Shown: piece by piece, positions 49,452-58,600 of the stretch | Layout: every line of letters starts with the position of its first letter | Position numbering within the stretch: the stretch's first letter is position 1 | Assembly: GCA_964230645.1 (NCBI GenBank) | Contig: CAXRHT010000002.1 | Coordinates: forward strand, 640,001-704,000 | Origin: Bdellovibrionales bacterium | Lineage (GTDB): Bacteria; Bdellovibrionota; Bdellovibrionia; Bdellovibrionales; JAGQZY01 | DNA length: 64,000 nucleotides | Direction: 5' to 3' | Program-made: the position numbers and the translations under genes | The notes under the pieces: generated by a model | What the model was told of the DNA's origin: nothing | What the model saw: the letters and a program-made list of their open reading frames with translations, nothing else | The model's database searches: none

Positions 49452-49738
49452 AATAAGTATTTCTACCCTATCTCCAAATTAAACAACCAAAAGCACTTTG
49501 ACTCAAAGCAAAAGGCTCCAAACCCGTCAATCTTGCCACTATTCTGAGTTGAACATTTTCAGCGATCAGTTGAAACACCTAATTGAAGGCAAAATTCTCT
49601 ATTAAGCTGTAAAAAGTTTGATCAGTTTAAATTGACAATTATGTAATTAGTATAAGCGCCCGTTTTTTTTCGGAAGGTAAAGCCTAATTTCATGTAGTTT
49701 ACCCATAACACATAAACTGTAATTAATTGGAGATTCCT

Positions 49739-50101
49739 ATGAATTTGATCAGACTATCTTTTGTATTGCTCCTCTTCCCGAATTTCGCCTCAGCAAAAAC
49801 TAAAATTTTCTGTACAAACCAAGAGACTTCACTGTCAGTAGAAATTAAAGAGGATCAATCGGCTCTGATACAATTAGGTCAGTCAGAGAAAGAAAGATTA
49901 AGCTTTCAAAGCGCAGCATTGTCATCAGATCATAATCGAAATTATTCTTTTTACGTCGGCACAATTCAGGAAGATGAAACCAAAGGGCAACTTGAAATTG
50001 TCCGTGGAGTGGAAAATGAATTGATCACACTTCAATTCGTTATCGTTAATCCAAATGGAATGGACGAATATTTCAATTATGAAGTGGATCAGTGTGAGTA
50101 A
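49739..50101 (+). CDS. Secreted hypothetical protein
   Basis: MNLIRLSF signal peptide (ASA|K); GGAG RBS. Confidence 0.7.
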   Translation: MNLIRLSFVLLLFPNFASAKTKIFCTNQETSLSVEIKEDQSALIQLGQSEKERLSFQSAALSSDHNRNYSFYVGTIQEDETKGQLEIVRGVENELITLQFVIVNPNGMDEYFNYEVDQCE

Positions 50102-50170
50102 AAAGCTTCACCTAAACCGAAGAGTTGAAGTTTACTTCTTAGCTTTCTCACACTGAAAGATTATACTCTT

Positions 50171-50836
50171 ATGAAACGTCTTTTTACCTGTATATTGATA
50201 GTTCTTTTTTCCAAGTCTATTTTTGCCCAAGTACCGATCCATGAGTCGGTACCACCTAGTCTTGAAACCAAGATTCGCGAAGGTCTGCAGCAGGTCATCA
50301 GCATGGAGTGGTCGCAACAGTCACCCTCTCACCGAGAGTTTTTCGGAGACTCAAGTGGAGGAGAAATCTATCTCAAGTTTTTAGAGCCAGTGGCTGGTGT
50401 TTTTTTTGATTCGAGTGACTCCCGTGGCTTTTTTGCCTATGCGGAACCAGGATATAATGTGGTCTATTTTACCTCCCTTATCGATGATCCCGACGTTCCC
50501 CCTTTAGAGCTTGTTTATGCTCTTCTTCATGAGGTTCATCATTTTGGAGAGCTTTTGATTTCCCATCGTCATGAAGCTTGTCCAGCGCTAGACGTCTTAG
50601 GAGAGCCCTTGGTGCATCCAACACTTGGTCACTCCTATGAAGGAAAGTTTGCTTGTGACGATTACCCAGATGGCGCTTTCGGTCTTGGAGTCATCATGAT
50701 GGGACAAATAGTGAAGCATTGTGAAAACTGTTCGCAAGAGACAATCAACGCCGCTCGCAAATTGGGTAAAAAACTTCTCCGTCGAATAATTTCTCCCCCC
50801 GATTTTCTAAGGTATCAGGAAGAGTACTCGTTTTAA
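50171..50836 (+). CDS. Secreted zincin-like metalloprotease
   Basis: Signal peptide; LLHEVHH (HExxH). Confidence 0.65.
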   Translation: MKRLFTCILIVLFSKSIFAQVPIHESVPPSLETKIREGLQQVISMEWSQQSPSHREFFGDSSGGEIYLKFLEPVAGVFFDSSDSRGFFAYAEPGYNVVYFTSLIDDPDVPPLELVYALLHEVHHFGELLISHRHEACPALDVLGEPLVHPTLGHSYEGKFACDDYPDGAFGLGVIMMGQIVKHCENCSQETINAARKLGKKLLRRIISPPDFLRYQEEYSF

Positions 50837-51026
50837 TAAGACTGATTCATTCGATCGAAATCCTCCTAACACAATAAATGTAGTTTATTCAGTAAACTAG
50901 GTTTTAATAGATAAAATTCAACCTTTTTGGTATCTTTATTCCTGAAGATCACAGTAAGGCATCTAGTATTCTTTCCGCTTTTTTAATTTAGGTCGACTCA
51001 ACGAATTCTAATAGTGAGGTTACTCA

Positions 51027-51512
51027 ATGAGACGTTTAATTTTCGTAGTTTTAGGTTTTTTCCTAATCTCATGTAATGATGATGCTACCTCTCCCAAAAC
51101 AACGCCAGAAAATAACAGAGGAAAGGTTGAAAGTCCTGAAGCCCTAGTAAACGTTGATATTGCAGAACTAGAAGAATTAGGTTTCACTTATTTGGTTAAT
51201 AATGAGGAAGCCAGAGCCATTCGCCTGTGGGCCAGCCGGTGTCGACCTTCATTCACAAACGAATTAGCTGCCATGGAATTTGCTGTGAAAGAATTTGAGA
51301 ATGGAGACCAGCTTCTCTACCGCTTCTTTCCAATTTTTGGTATTATTGAGAGTACCGACGTTATAGAAGAGTCTACTATCGGCAATCCTAGAAATTACGA
51401 CATTGATTTACCTGCAATTGCCGAAAACCATGAGACAGCTCCATGTGATATTCCAGAGGATTACACAATCGTAGGCTACGTTTCGGCCCTAGAACCATTG
51501 GATCGGAATTAA
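51027..51512 (+). CDS. Hypothetical lipoprotein
   Basis: LISC lipobox. Confidence 0.75.
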   Translation: MRRLIFVVLGFFLISCNDDATSPKTTPENNRGKVESPEALVNVDIAELEELGFTYLVNNEEARAIRLWASRCRPSFTNELAAMEFAVKEFENGDQLLYRFFPIFGIIESTDVIEESTIGNPRNYDIDLPAIAENHETAPCDIPEDYTIVGYVSALEPLDRN

Positions 51513-52660
51513 GGACAATTGCTTTTAAAAGGATGAGCCATGGGGAGATCACCTTGAAGTCCCCACTTGCAAGCAAGATAACCTTCAATGATTTCTGTTT
51601 CAGCAGCCCCTTGGGTGGAAGAAAACACAACGATCTCTGCAATCTGGCCACCGAACTGATGCACACCGATCCCGAAATTAGGTACTAAGCTTCCTAAGAC
51701 TTGCCGAGTGATATTAAGGTCATTCGTGAAGACCGTTCTTACCATTTCGAAGTTATTGTAAACCCAAGCCTGGGCGTTGCTGCCTGTGGTTGGGCCAGAG
51801 AGAGCATTACCATTCACTCCATAAAAAGCCGATTGACCCGCGTTACCGTCAAAACTCCACAGGCCTGTGTTTCGAGGATCCGGTGCCACATGCCCCACAC
51901 TGTAAAGTCCCCAGAGTTGTGCGAGATCTGAAGTTTGCTGGAGGACAGAGTCCATGCGGTAAATGATGTAGACCGTGCGAGCGGTATAGGAATGATTGTC
52001 ATCATAAAAATCATTGGTACCATCAAATTCGATCGAACCTTGATTGAGACCCAAATTAAGGCTTGGGATTTGAGAAGCGACATTCATTGTTGCATGAAAG
52101 TCATTGCCACTTTTATCCATCCAGCAACCGACAGGGTCTCCACCATTAATGGTAGGAGTTAAACAATTGGAGTCTTGAAACCAGGTAGAGTCATCAGCCC
52201 CATCGTGCCAGGCCGTAAGATTAGCAAACACTGTGGGATTAAATAAGACTTCAAGTGTTACATCAACAGAGTCAAAAGCCTCCCCGTCTGTTACCTGCAG
52301 GGTCAGGGTCGCTGAACCGTACTGATTCATTTTAGGAGAAAAGGTGGCTAAACAATTCGGAGCACTTCCTGAAAGCGTAAAATCCAACCCTTCAATTAAG
52401 CTCATATCATCTGAGGTCACAAGAACACTTGAGTTACAATTTAAAAGGTCTTCTTCGTCAGAAATTTGAAATGAAAAGCTATTAGCCGTAGAGTTGGCTT
52501 GAACGGATTGAGGGGCTACAGCACTGATGTCAGGAGCCGTATTCTCCTCAGGTGGATTAATGATACTTTCCTGTTCTCCCGACTGACTTTTTAAAGGTGT
52601 CAGTGGGTTGCAGGCTGAGATGATTAAATACAAAAATAGAAGCCCTAGGTACTTTCTCAT
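51509..52660 (-). CDS. Lipoprotein with Ig/cadherin-like and LamG/ConA-like domains
   Basis: ISAC lipobox; NTAPDIS...TLQVTDG; AWHDGAD...WMDKSGNDFHA...GQIAEIVVF...YLACKWG. Confidence 0.8.
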   Translation of the reverse strand: MRKYLGLLFLYLIISACNPLTPLKSQSGEQESIINPPEENTAPDISAVAPQSVQANSTANSFSFQISDEEDLLNCNSSVLVTSDDMSLIEGLDFTLSGSAPNCLATFSPKMNQYGSATLTLQVTDGEAFDSVDVTLEVLFNPTVFANLTAWHDGADDSTWFQDSNCLTPTINGGDPVGCWMDKSGNDFHATMNVASQIPSLNLGLNQGSIEFDGTNDFYDDNHSYTARTVYIIYRMDSVLQQTSDLAQLWGLYSVGHVAPDPRNTGLWSFDGNAGQSAFYGVNGNALSGPTTGSNAQAWVYNNFEMVRTVFTNDLNITRQVLGSLVPNFGIGVHQFGGQIAEIVVFSSTQGAAETEIIEGYLACKWGLQGDLPMAHPFKSNCP

Positions 52661-53793
52661 AACCCTGCCTCATAGATCATATTAAACATCAAAATTCTCT
52701 GCTTAAAAGAAAAGAGGTCGGTCTCAAAAAATCCTTCACTGTATTGGATGCGTCCTTTCAGCTTGGATTCTTTACGATTGTGACCAAGCTCTACACCCAA
52801 CCCAAGCTCATAACCTCCCTCATAAACGGCATCACTTGAGATCACTGACTGGCCTTGAAGAAAGCCTGAAAGAAAAAGAGGTCCTTTTTCCATAAATCTT
52901 TGCTTCAATTCCAATTGAGGTTTAAAGGCTTGAGCCTTTTGAATGGAATAAATATCGTTCTCATCTTTTGAGTAGTAAACAGACTCTCCAAAACCCAATG
53001 TGCTTTTAAGAGTAAGAGAATTTAGTAATGAATACTCGATTCCTAGAAAAAGATTCCCTTGATTGAGTTTTAAATTTTCAGCGGTAGTGACGTCATCTCT
53101 AAAATTCGTGTAACTTTTGAAAATGATTTGGGCCTGGATAAAGCTCTTCCAACCAGGCGCCCAAAGTTGAATCCATTTAAGATCGAGTGCTGGCTGCAGC
53201 TCACTCACAAAAATTGTGGAACTATTTTTAGTTCCCTCAAGGGTATCAAAGACTCCCCCTAGTGAAACTGAGTACATGGAGCCTGGAGTGAAAGCTTCTT
53301 TCATGTCAACCGAACTGATTTCACGCTCTAGCCTCTCACTCGATGCCCTTTCTTCATGAGGTCGATAAGAATATAAAAAGTAATCCCCACGGTCTTTTTG
53401 AACGTAAGTGTTCACTCCGAAGTGAGGCGATTCCACCCGTAAAAGCTGATTACAGGCCAGTATTTTTTCAGTTGCAATGGAATCTTTGGTTTGCAGAACA
53501 ATTGGGATCTGCACAAACTCACCTTTTTCAAGTTCATTGATATCTTGAATTCCGCCGTTCATTTCCTTCACTAGATCAGTGAGCGTGTAGACAAAGGGAT
53601 CAGTGTAGCCAAAGTTCCTTAACACTTTTAGAAGCCAGTCTCCTTCTTGGATTTCATAGTTACAAGTGGTGGCTTTTAAACCCTCCTCGGCTACAACATG
53701 GGCCGGAACCAAATGGGCGAAAGAATTCGAACTCCCAAAGATAAGAGTCAAAAATGAAAAACCAACTAGAATGTTAATGCTCATTTTTGCCAT
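52657..53793 (-). CDS. Secreted protein with N-terminal LysM-like domain and C-terminal outer-membrane beta-barrel
   Basis: YEIQEGDWLLKVL...NGGIQDINELEKGEFVQIP; amphipathic strands at the C-terminus. Confidence 0.65.
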   Translation of the reverse strand: MAKMSINILVGFSFLTLIFGSSNSFAHLVPAHVVAEEGLKATTCNYEIQEGDWLLKVLRNFGYTDPFVYTLTDLVKEMNGGIQDINELEKGEFVQIPIVLQTKDSIATEKILACNQLLRVESPHFGVNTYVQKDRGDYFLYSYRPHEERASSERLEREISSVDMKEAFTPGSMYSVSLGGVFDTLEGTKNSSTIFVSELQPALDLKWIQLWAPGWKSFIQAQIIFKSYTNFRDDVTTAENLKLNQGNLFLGIEYSLLNSLTLKSTLGFGESVYYSKDENDIYSIQKAQAFKPQLELKQRFMEKGPLFLSGFLQGQSVISSDAVYEGGYELGLGVELGHNRKESKLKGRIQYSEGFFETDLFSFKQRILMFNMIYEAGL

Positions 53794-53895
53794 ATATAGA
53801 TATCGGACAAAATTAAGAGATTATAAAGCAGCGTCCTAGCCCTAGACCCAGAGATCTCGACTAAAATCACCACCTAGTAGTTCAATTTTTGTTAT

Positions 53896-54963
53896 TTAAT
53901 CCTCACGGCCCTGAATTTGTGAAGGATTATCGGACTTTAAGTCCAAAAACTGACCGGGAATGAGTGATATGAAAGCTTCCTCACCTAGACCGGCATTCTT
54001 AACCTCTTGCTTTAAAAGCCTCGTGGGCTCATCAATTTCCTCGGCTGTGAGTTGGAAGGTGCCAAAGTGCATGCCCATTGATTTTTTTGATTTCAAATCC
54101 AGGTGAGCTTGTACAGCTTGTTTAGGATCTACATGCACGGGCCCCATAAATTCCCGAGGGGCATAGGCTCCGATGGGGATAAGAGATAAATCCATAGGGC
54201 CAAATTTCTCATAGGTTCTCAGGTAGTGACCGCCGTAGCCGCTATCGCCACCAAAGTAAATTTTCCTACCAATAAGCTCAATTACAAAACCTCCCCATAG
54301 CGTGGAATTTCTATCCCAGGGATAACGCCCGGAGAAATGTTGAACTTCCACAAAATGAATACGTAGATCCTTTGAGATTTCCACATTCTGCCACCAGTCA
54401 AGTTCGGTCACATAGGCTTTATCTTTAAAGCGACTCTTGACCCCAAGACCGACAAGAAATTTCGGCTGATCTCTTGTCTGAAGCTTTTCAATACTTGGCA
54501 AATCTAAATGGTCATAGTGATCATGACTAATAAGCACAATATCAATGGGGGGAAGGTCCTCAAACAACACACCTGGAGCGTGCACTCTTTTGGGCCCGGC
54601 AAAAGAAACGGGGCTACATCTTTTTGAATACTGTGGGTCAGTGAGAATATTAAATCCTCCGGCTTGAATCAAAAGGGTGGCGTGATTGATATAAGTCACC
54701 CTCACCTCACTCCCCTCAACTCTCTGGGGAGGTTTAGGCTGCTTTGGAAATTCCCTATGCTCAGGCCAACTTGCCCATTCAGTGGTGGCTCTCGTCTTTA
54801 AGAATTTCCATAAAGACTTACTTTCGATATTTTCAAAGTTATGAAATTGACCATTTTTAAAGTTCGGAGATTTTTTCATCTTTTGACTCGTTGGCACACA
54901 GGCCGGACTGCTAAATATTAAGCTGATTAACGCTAACAAATTCCATAAGACTTTTTTATTCAT
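53896..54963 (-). CDS. MBL-fold metallohydrolase (NAPE-PLD/RomA-like)
   Basis: NHAT, LTDP, SHDHYDHLD, GDSGY, PIGAY, HFGTF. Confidence 0.92.
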   Translation of the reverse strand: MNKKVLWNLLALISLIFSSPACVPTSQKMKKSPNFKNGQFHNFENIESKSLWKFLKTRATTEWASWPEHREFPKQPKPPQRVEGSEVRVTYINHATLLIQAGGFNILTDPQYSKRCSPVSFAGPKRVHAPGVLFEDLPPIDIVLISHDHYDHLDLPSIEKLQTRDQPKFLVGLGVKSRFKDKAYVTELDWWQNVEISKDLRIHFVEVQHFSGRYPWDRNSTLWGGFVIELIGRKIYFGGDSGYGGHYLRTYEKFGPMDLSLIPIGAYAPREFMGPVHVDPKQAVQAHLDLKSKKSMGMHFGTFQLTAEEIDEPTRLLKQEVKNAGLGEEAFISLIPGQFLDLKSDNPSQIQGRED

Positions 54964-55088
54964 TTGGACACCTACAAAATAAGTCTAGAACTCAGTGGAA
55001 AAATAAGTCTAAGATAGATCGATTGAATAATCTATTTTTTCCTGCGCTTAAAGTCTAAATTAACATTTCTGAAAAAGATCTCTAAAGC

Positions 55089-55787
55089 CTAATCACCCGA
55101 GACCTTTTTAAAACTTTTAATTTCGCTAATAAAATGATCTCCATACTGACTCACCTTCTTGGGACCCACTCCTTTTATTTGTCGCAAATCGGCTTTTGTA
55201 AGGGGCATCTTTTCTGCCATTTCCTCAAGTGTACTGTTTTTAAATATCATATACACAGGTATTCCCTGCTTTGTAGCCAGGCGTTTACGGGTGCTCTTTA
55301 GCTCAATTAAAAGTTTCCCTTTTTGCTTAGGAGAGTTCGAAGTGACTTTTTTGGGTTCTTTTCTGATTTTCGTTAATAAGACACCACCATATTCCTTTTC
55401 GAGTACAATTTTTTGCCTTTTTAAGCTTGGATAGCGACCACTTTTTTCTTTCTTCCACTTAAGCCAAGCGTGGAAGTGCTCATGCTTCTCGTTGTTCATT
55501 AAACACAAATTGCTAATGTCGTTATCAGCTCTTGCGCCATTTATATGATGAACAACCTCATACTTTCTGAGTTTGCGTCCCAGTTTTTGCCTTGCTAAAT
55601 ACCGGTGCTCAAGCTCACCTGTGTCTGTTAGAACGACATAGCCTCTCGAATTGATTTTTCTATTAGAATGGGGCTTAAAAATCCATCGCAAGAGCTCTAA
55701 AGGAGCGGTCAAAATCCAAACTAAGACTTTTCCAACTAACCTCAGGAGAAATTTTTGTATTTTTCGTTCTAATCGACCCATGATCAT
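55089..55787 (-). CDS. HNH-nuclease / HRDC fusion with N-terminal hydrophobic segment
   Basis: EHR...VVHHINGARADNDISNL (HNH_3); RKRLA...PVYMIFKNSTLEEMA...IKGVGPKKVSQYG (HRDC). Confidence 0.85.
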   Translation of the reverse strand: MIMGRLERKIQKFLLRLVGKVLVWILTAPLELLRWIFKPHSNRKINSRGYVVLTDTGELEHRYLARQKLGRKLRKYEVVHHINGARADNDISNLCLMNNEKHEHFHAWLKWKKEKSGRYPSLKRQKIVLEKEYGGVLLTKIRKEPKKVTSNSPKQKGKLLIELKSTRKRLATKQGIPVYMIFKNSTLEEMAEKMPLTKADLRQIKGVGPKKVSQYGDHFISEIKSFKKVSGD

Positions 55788-56045
55788 TTTTATCGGTGAT
55801 TCTATAATTTTTATTTAAATATTTAGAAAGATTCATCATTTTCTAATTTTGAGATATAAAAATCCTTTCACCAGGTTTGGAACTGAATCTAAAATGTCCC
55901 ATAATCAGACCAAGGCCTAAAGAGATTTGAGCTAGCAAGAGGCATTTAAATGTGTAGAAATAAAAATGAGCCAAGGTCCAAAAAGAAAAGATCGCTTTTT
56001 GATTGGAGAAAGTGAGGCTAAGCTAGTTGAAATTAGGAGATCTCT

Positions 56046-56855
56046 ATGAAAAATGGGTTTTTACTACTTTCCGTCTTATTCCCTTCCCTACTTTTTGCAC
56101 GCGGACCCTCTGGAGACAATTCCAATTGGCTTGGGATCTCGCAAGGAACCTCTTCACCCACAAGAACTTCTACTCTTAATTTCTCTAATGGCTTTATGCC
56201 TGAAAACCCGGTGGGAGTGATTTATCAACAAGGAGTCAGACTCACTGGAGAAGGTGACCATGGAGATGACAGCCAAGGTAATGATAACGCAGGCTTTGGA
56301 GGAGAGCTCGGTATTGGTGACGGCCAGTACGGTTTAGCTGTCGGCTATTACAATAGAGACTGTGAAAGCTGTGATGGAGACTTCGTTGGCGCCCTGGGGG
56401 TAAGTTTTGCTGATGTGGGTCTAGGGATTCGTTTTGCTGAAGAACTCTACTCCGCTGGACTTATCTTTAATACCCATGGCAAACACCGCTTTGGTCTTAT
56501 GGCTCAACTCAACGATCCCGATGGCGACGACAACAACATCAGCTCCTTTGGAGCCGGATACTCCTACAATGGAGATCGCATCACTTTTTCTGTGGATGCC
56601 GCAAAACGTAGCTTTGAAAATGACTCAGCCTTTGATGATACAATTTTGGTGACCCCCGGACTAGCCGTTCACTTCCAAATGCTTAGCTTTTCTCTATCCT
56701 ACGATCATTTTGTCGATGAGGACCCGAACGACCCCAATGGCCGCGGTGATGACCTTTGGTTTGGCGTGGGCTTTGGTGATAAAACCGATTGGTACGTGGC
56801 CATATATCACGACTACGTTAATGAGTGGTCAGTGAGTGCCTCCTTCTTTTTCTAG
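56046..56855 (+). CDS. Outer-membrane beta-barrel protein
   Basis: Signal peptide; Gly/aromatic strands; terminal SASFFF. Confidence 0.7.
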   Translation: MKNGFLLLSVLFPSLLFARGPSGDNSNWLGISQGTSSPTRTSTLNFSNGFMPENPVGVIYQQGVRLTGEGDHGDDSQGNDNAGFGGELGIGDGQYGLAVGYYNRDCESCDGDFVGALGVSFADVGLGIRFAEELYSAGLIFNTHGKHRFGLMAQLNDPDGDDNNISSFGAGYSYNGDRITFSVDAAKRSFENDSAFDDTILVTPGLAVHFQMLSFSLSYDHFVDEDPNDPNGRGDDLWFGVGFGDKTDWYVAIYHDYVNEWSVSASFFF

Positions 56856-57003
56856 CAAATGATGAAAGATCAATTCTTAAGCTTGGAAGATCTTTATCAA
56901 ATCAAGTAGTACAGAAAAATCGGCGAAACTTAAGGATCTCATAGCATCCATAAAACTTTTAGAAGTTCAGTGACTGATCTCTCAAACTCTGTAAAATGTA
57001 CCT

Positions 57004-57510
57004 ATGGTTAGCCAAAAAACTGTTTTAAAATACAGCGATCACCGCTGGATGGGCCTTTTCTTTATTGGTGCTGCACTGCTGGCTTATTTCCTTATGGATT
57101 CTCACCAATCACTTGTATTGAAGGCAGCTGTTGTTCTTGGGTGCGGCATCATTGGCTTACGCTTTGTAATTGTGAGATCACAGGATCGGTTGTGGCTTGA
57201 AGAAAATCAACTGTGTTATTCTCAGGTTCGAGGTAAAAAACGAAAAAGTGGCCAAGTCCCTATCGACAGCATAAAAGCTGTTCAGGTTGTATTTTCTGGT
57301 AATCGAAGTAGTGGTCAATCCTGGGTGAGACATAATTGTTTTGTTGTGACCACCGATGGAAAACGCATCAAATTACCCGATGGGATCAAATACTGTAGCT
57401 ACCAATCAAAAGATACGGATCTTAGCTTCCTAGTAGACCCTTTAAAAAAAATAAATCCGAACATATACTTAGAAATTGATGATAGCGCCGTAATGAGTCA
57501 ATCGAAATAG
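57004..57510 (+). CDS. 2-TM membrane protein with bacterial PH-like domain
   Basis: Two TM helices, then a beta-rich domain (IPIDSIKAV-like segment). Confidence 0.55.
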   Translation: MVSQKTVLKYSDHRWMGLFFIGAALLAYFLMDSHQSLVLKAAVVLGCGIIGLRFVIVRSQDRLWLEENQLCYSQVRGKKRKSGQVPIDSIKAVQVVFSGNRSSGQSWVRHNCFVVTTDGKRIKLPDGIKYCSYQSKDTDLSFLVDPLKKINPNIYLEIDDSAVMSQSK

Positions 57511-57521
57511 AAAGGATTACT

Positions 57522-57746
57522 TCAGTCTTGGCGGGAGCCTAGAGCTTGATCTTTTAAGGGATCCTTGGGGTGGCGAACGACGTTTTCGTTAATAAACTCT
57601 GAGTCTTCCTCAGACTGAGCTTTCGGAGAAACGGACACCTCTTTAATAAAAGAAGGTAATTCTGGGTGCTCAAGACTCATATGTTCTTTGGCCTCTGAGC
57701 GTTTCTCAAAAATCTCCTCACATTTTCCACACTGATAAGCTGTCAT
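57522..57746 (-). CDS. Small C2H2 zinc-finger protein
   Basis: YQCGKCEEIFEKRSEAKEHMSLEH = C-x2-C-x12-H-x4-H; purine-rich RBS before ATG 57746. Confidence 0.75.
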   Translation of the reverse strand: MTAYQCGKCEEIFEKRSEAKEHMSLEHPELPSFIKEVSVSPKAQSEEDSEFINENVVRHPKDPLKDQALGSRQD

Positions 57747-57985
57747 TGATCCCTTCCTTTTGGAGTTACTGAGCTTTGCAATCACACACCCGGTTTGTAC
57801 CCTTTAACCTGGGTAGAAGAATTGATCCTTCTTTGTCATCTGATTGTAAAAAACTACAATTTTTAATCTTTTTAGCTGAATGCCCGTTAAATGAAGTGTC
57901 TCCTCGGCCCTAGAGACTGAAATCATTAGCCCATCCTGCTCCTATTTGATAAAACTAGAGAGTAACTACCCTAAGGAGAGTTTTT

Positions 57986-58591
57986 ATTCGATTAAAAAAG
58001 ACCCGCTCTGTTTCTATTACGCCTATTTTAATAATAAACGGTGCTGTTTTTATGATGTGGATGCTTGCCTCCCCTTCCACGGAGTTCATGAAAGAGCATT
58101 TCTTAGTGAGTTGGACCGCCCTGATGGACGGACGCTATTGGACTCTTCTGACCTCGGTCTTCTCTCACAATATGTTTTTTCATATTTTTCTAAATATGTT
58201 TGTTCTTTTAAGCTTTGGACCACCACTGGAAAGTCGCTTAGGCACGAGACGTTTTGTAATGTTTTATATCGTCGCTGGACTGATCTCCTCGTTTGCTCAT
58301 GCAGCGGTGTCTGAGTTTTTACTCGGCCAACCAGGGCTGCCAGCTCTAGGTGCTTCGGGCTCTATTGCTGGAGTCATCACTGTGTTTGCTTTTATTTTCC
58401 CTCGCGCTAAAATCCTGGTTATGGGGATTATTCCTGTCCCGGCACTCATGGGAGTTTTATTACTCATTGGTATTGATCTTTGGGGGTTAATGAGTCAAAT
58501 GCAAGGCTCAGGACTCCCCATCGGCCATGGGGCTCATTTGGGCGGAGCCTTCACGGGCGTTCTTTACTATGTTTGGCTGCGGATAAGGTAA
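57986..58591 (+). CDS. Rhomboid family intramembrane serine protease (probable ATT start; first ATG at 58052)
   Basis: WTLLTSVFSH..FFHIFLNM, GASGS, AHLGG; first TM segment is encoded upstream of the ATG. Confidence 0.9.
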   Translation: MRLKKTRSVSITPILIINGAVFMMWMLASPSTEFMKEHFLVSWTALMDGRYWTLLTSVFSHNMFFHIFLNMFVLLSFGPPLESRLGTRRFVMFYIVAGLISSFAHAAVSEFLLGQPGLPALGASGSIAGVITVFAFIFPRAKILVMGIIPVPALMGVLLLIGIDLWGLMSQMQGSGLPIGHGAHLGGAFTGVLYYVWLRIR

Positions 58592-58600
58592 CGGAACATT

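Noticed and set aside
57946..58314. 122-aa Cys-rich ORF overlapping the rhomboid gene
   Set aside because: Alternative frame of a well-supported gene, with no recognisable motif
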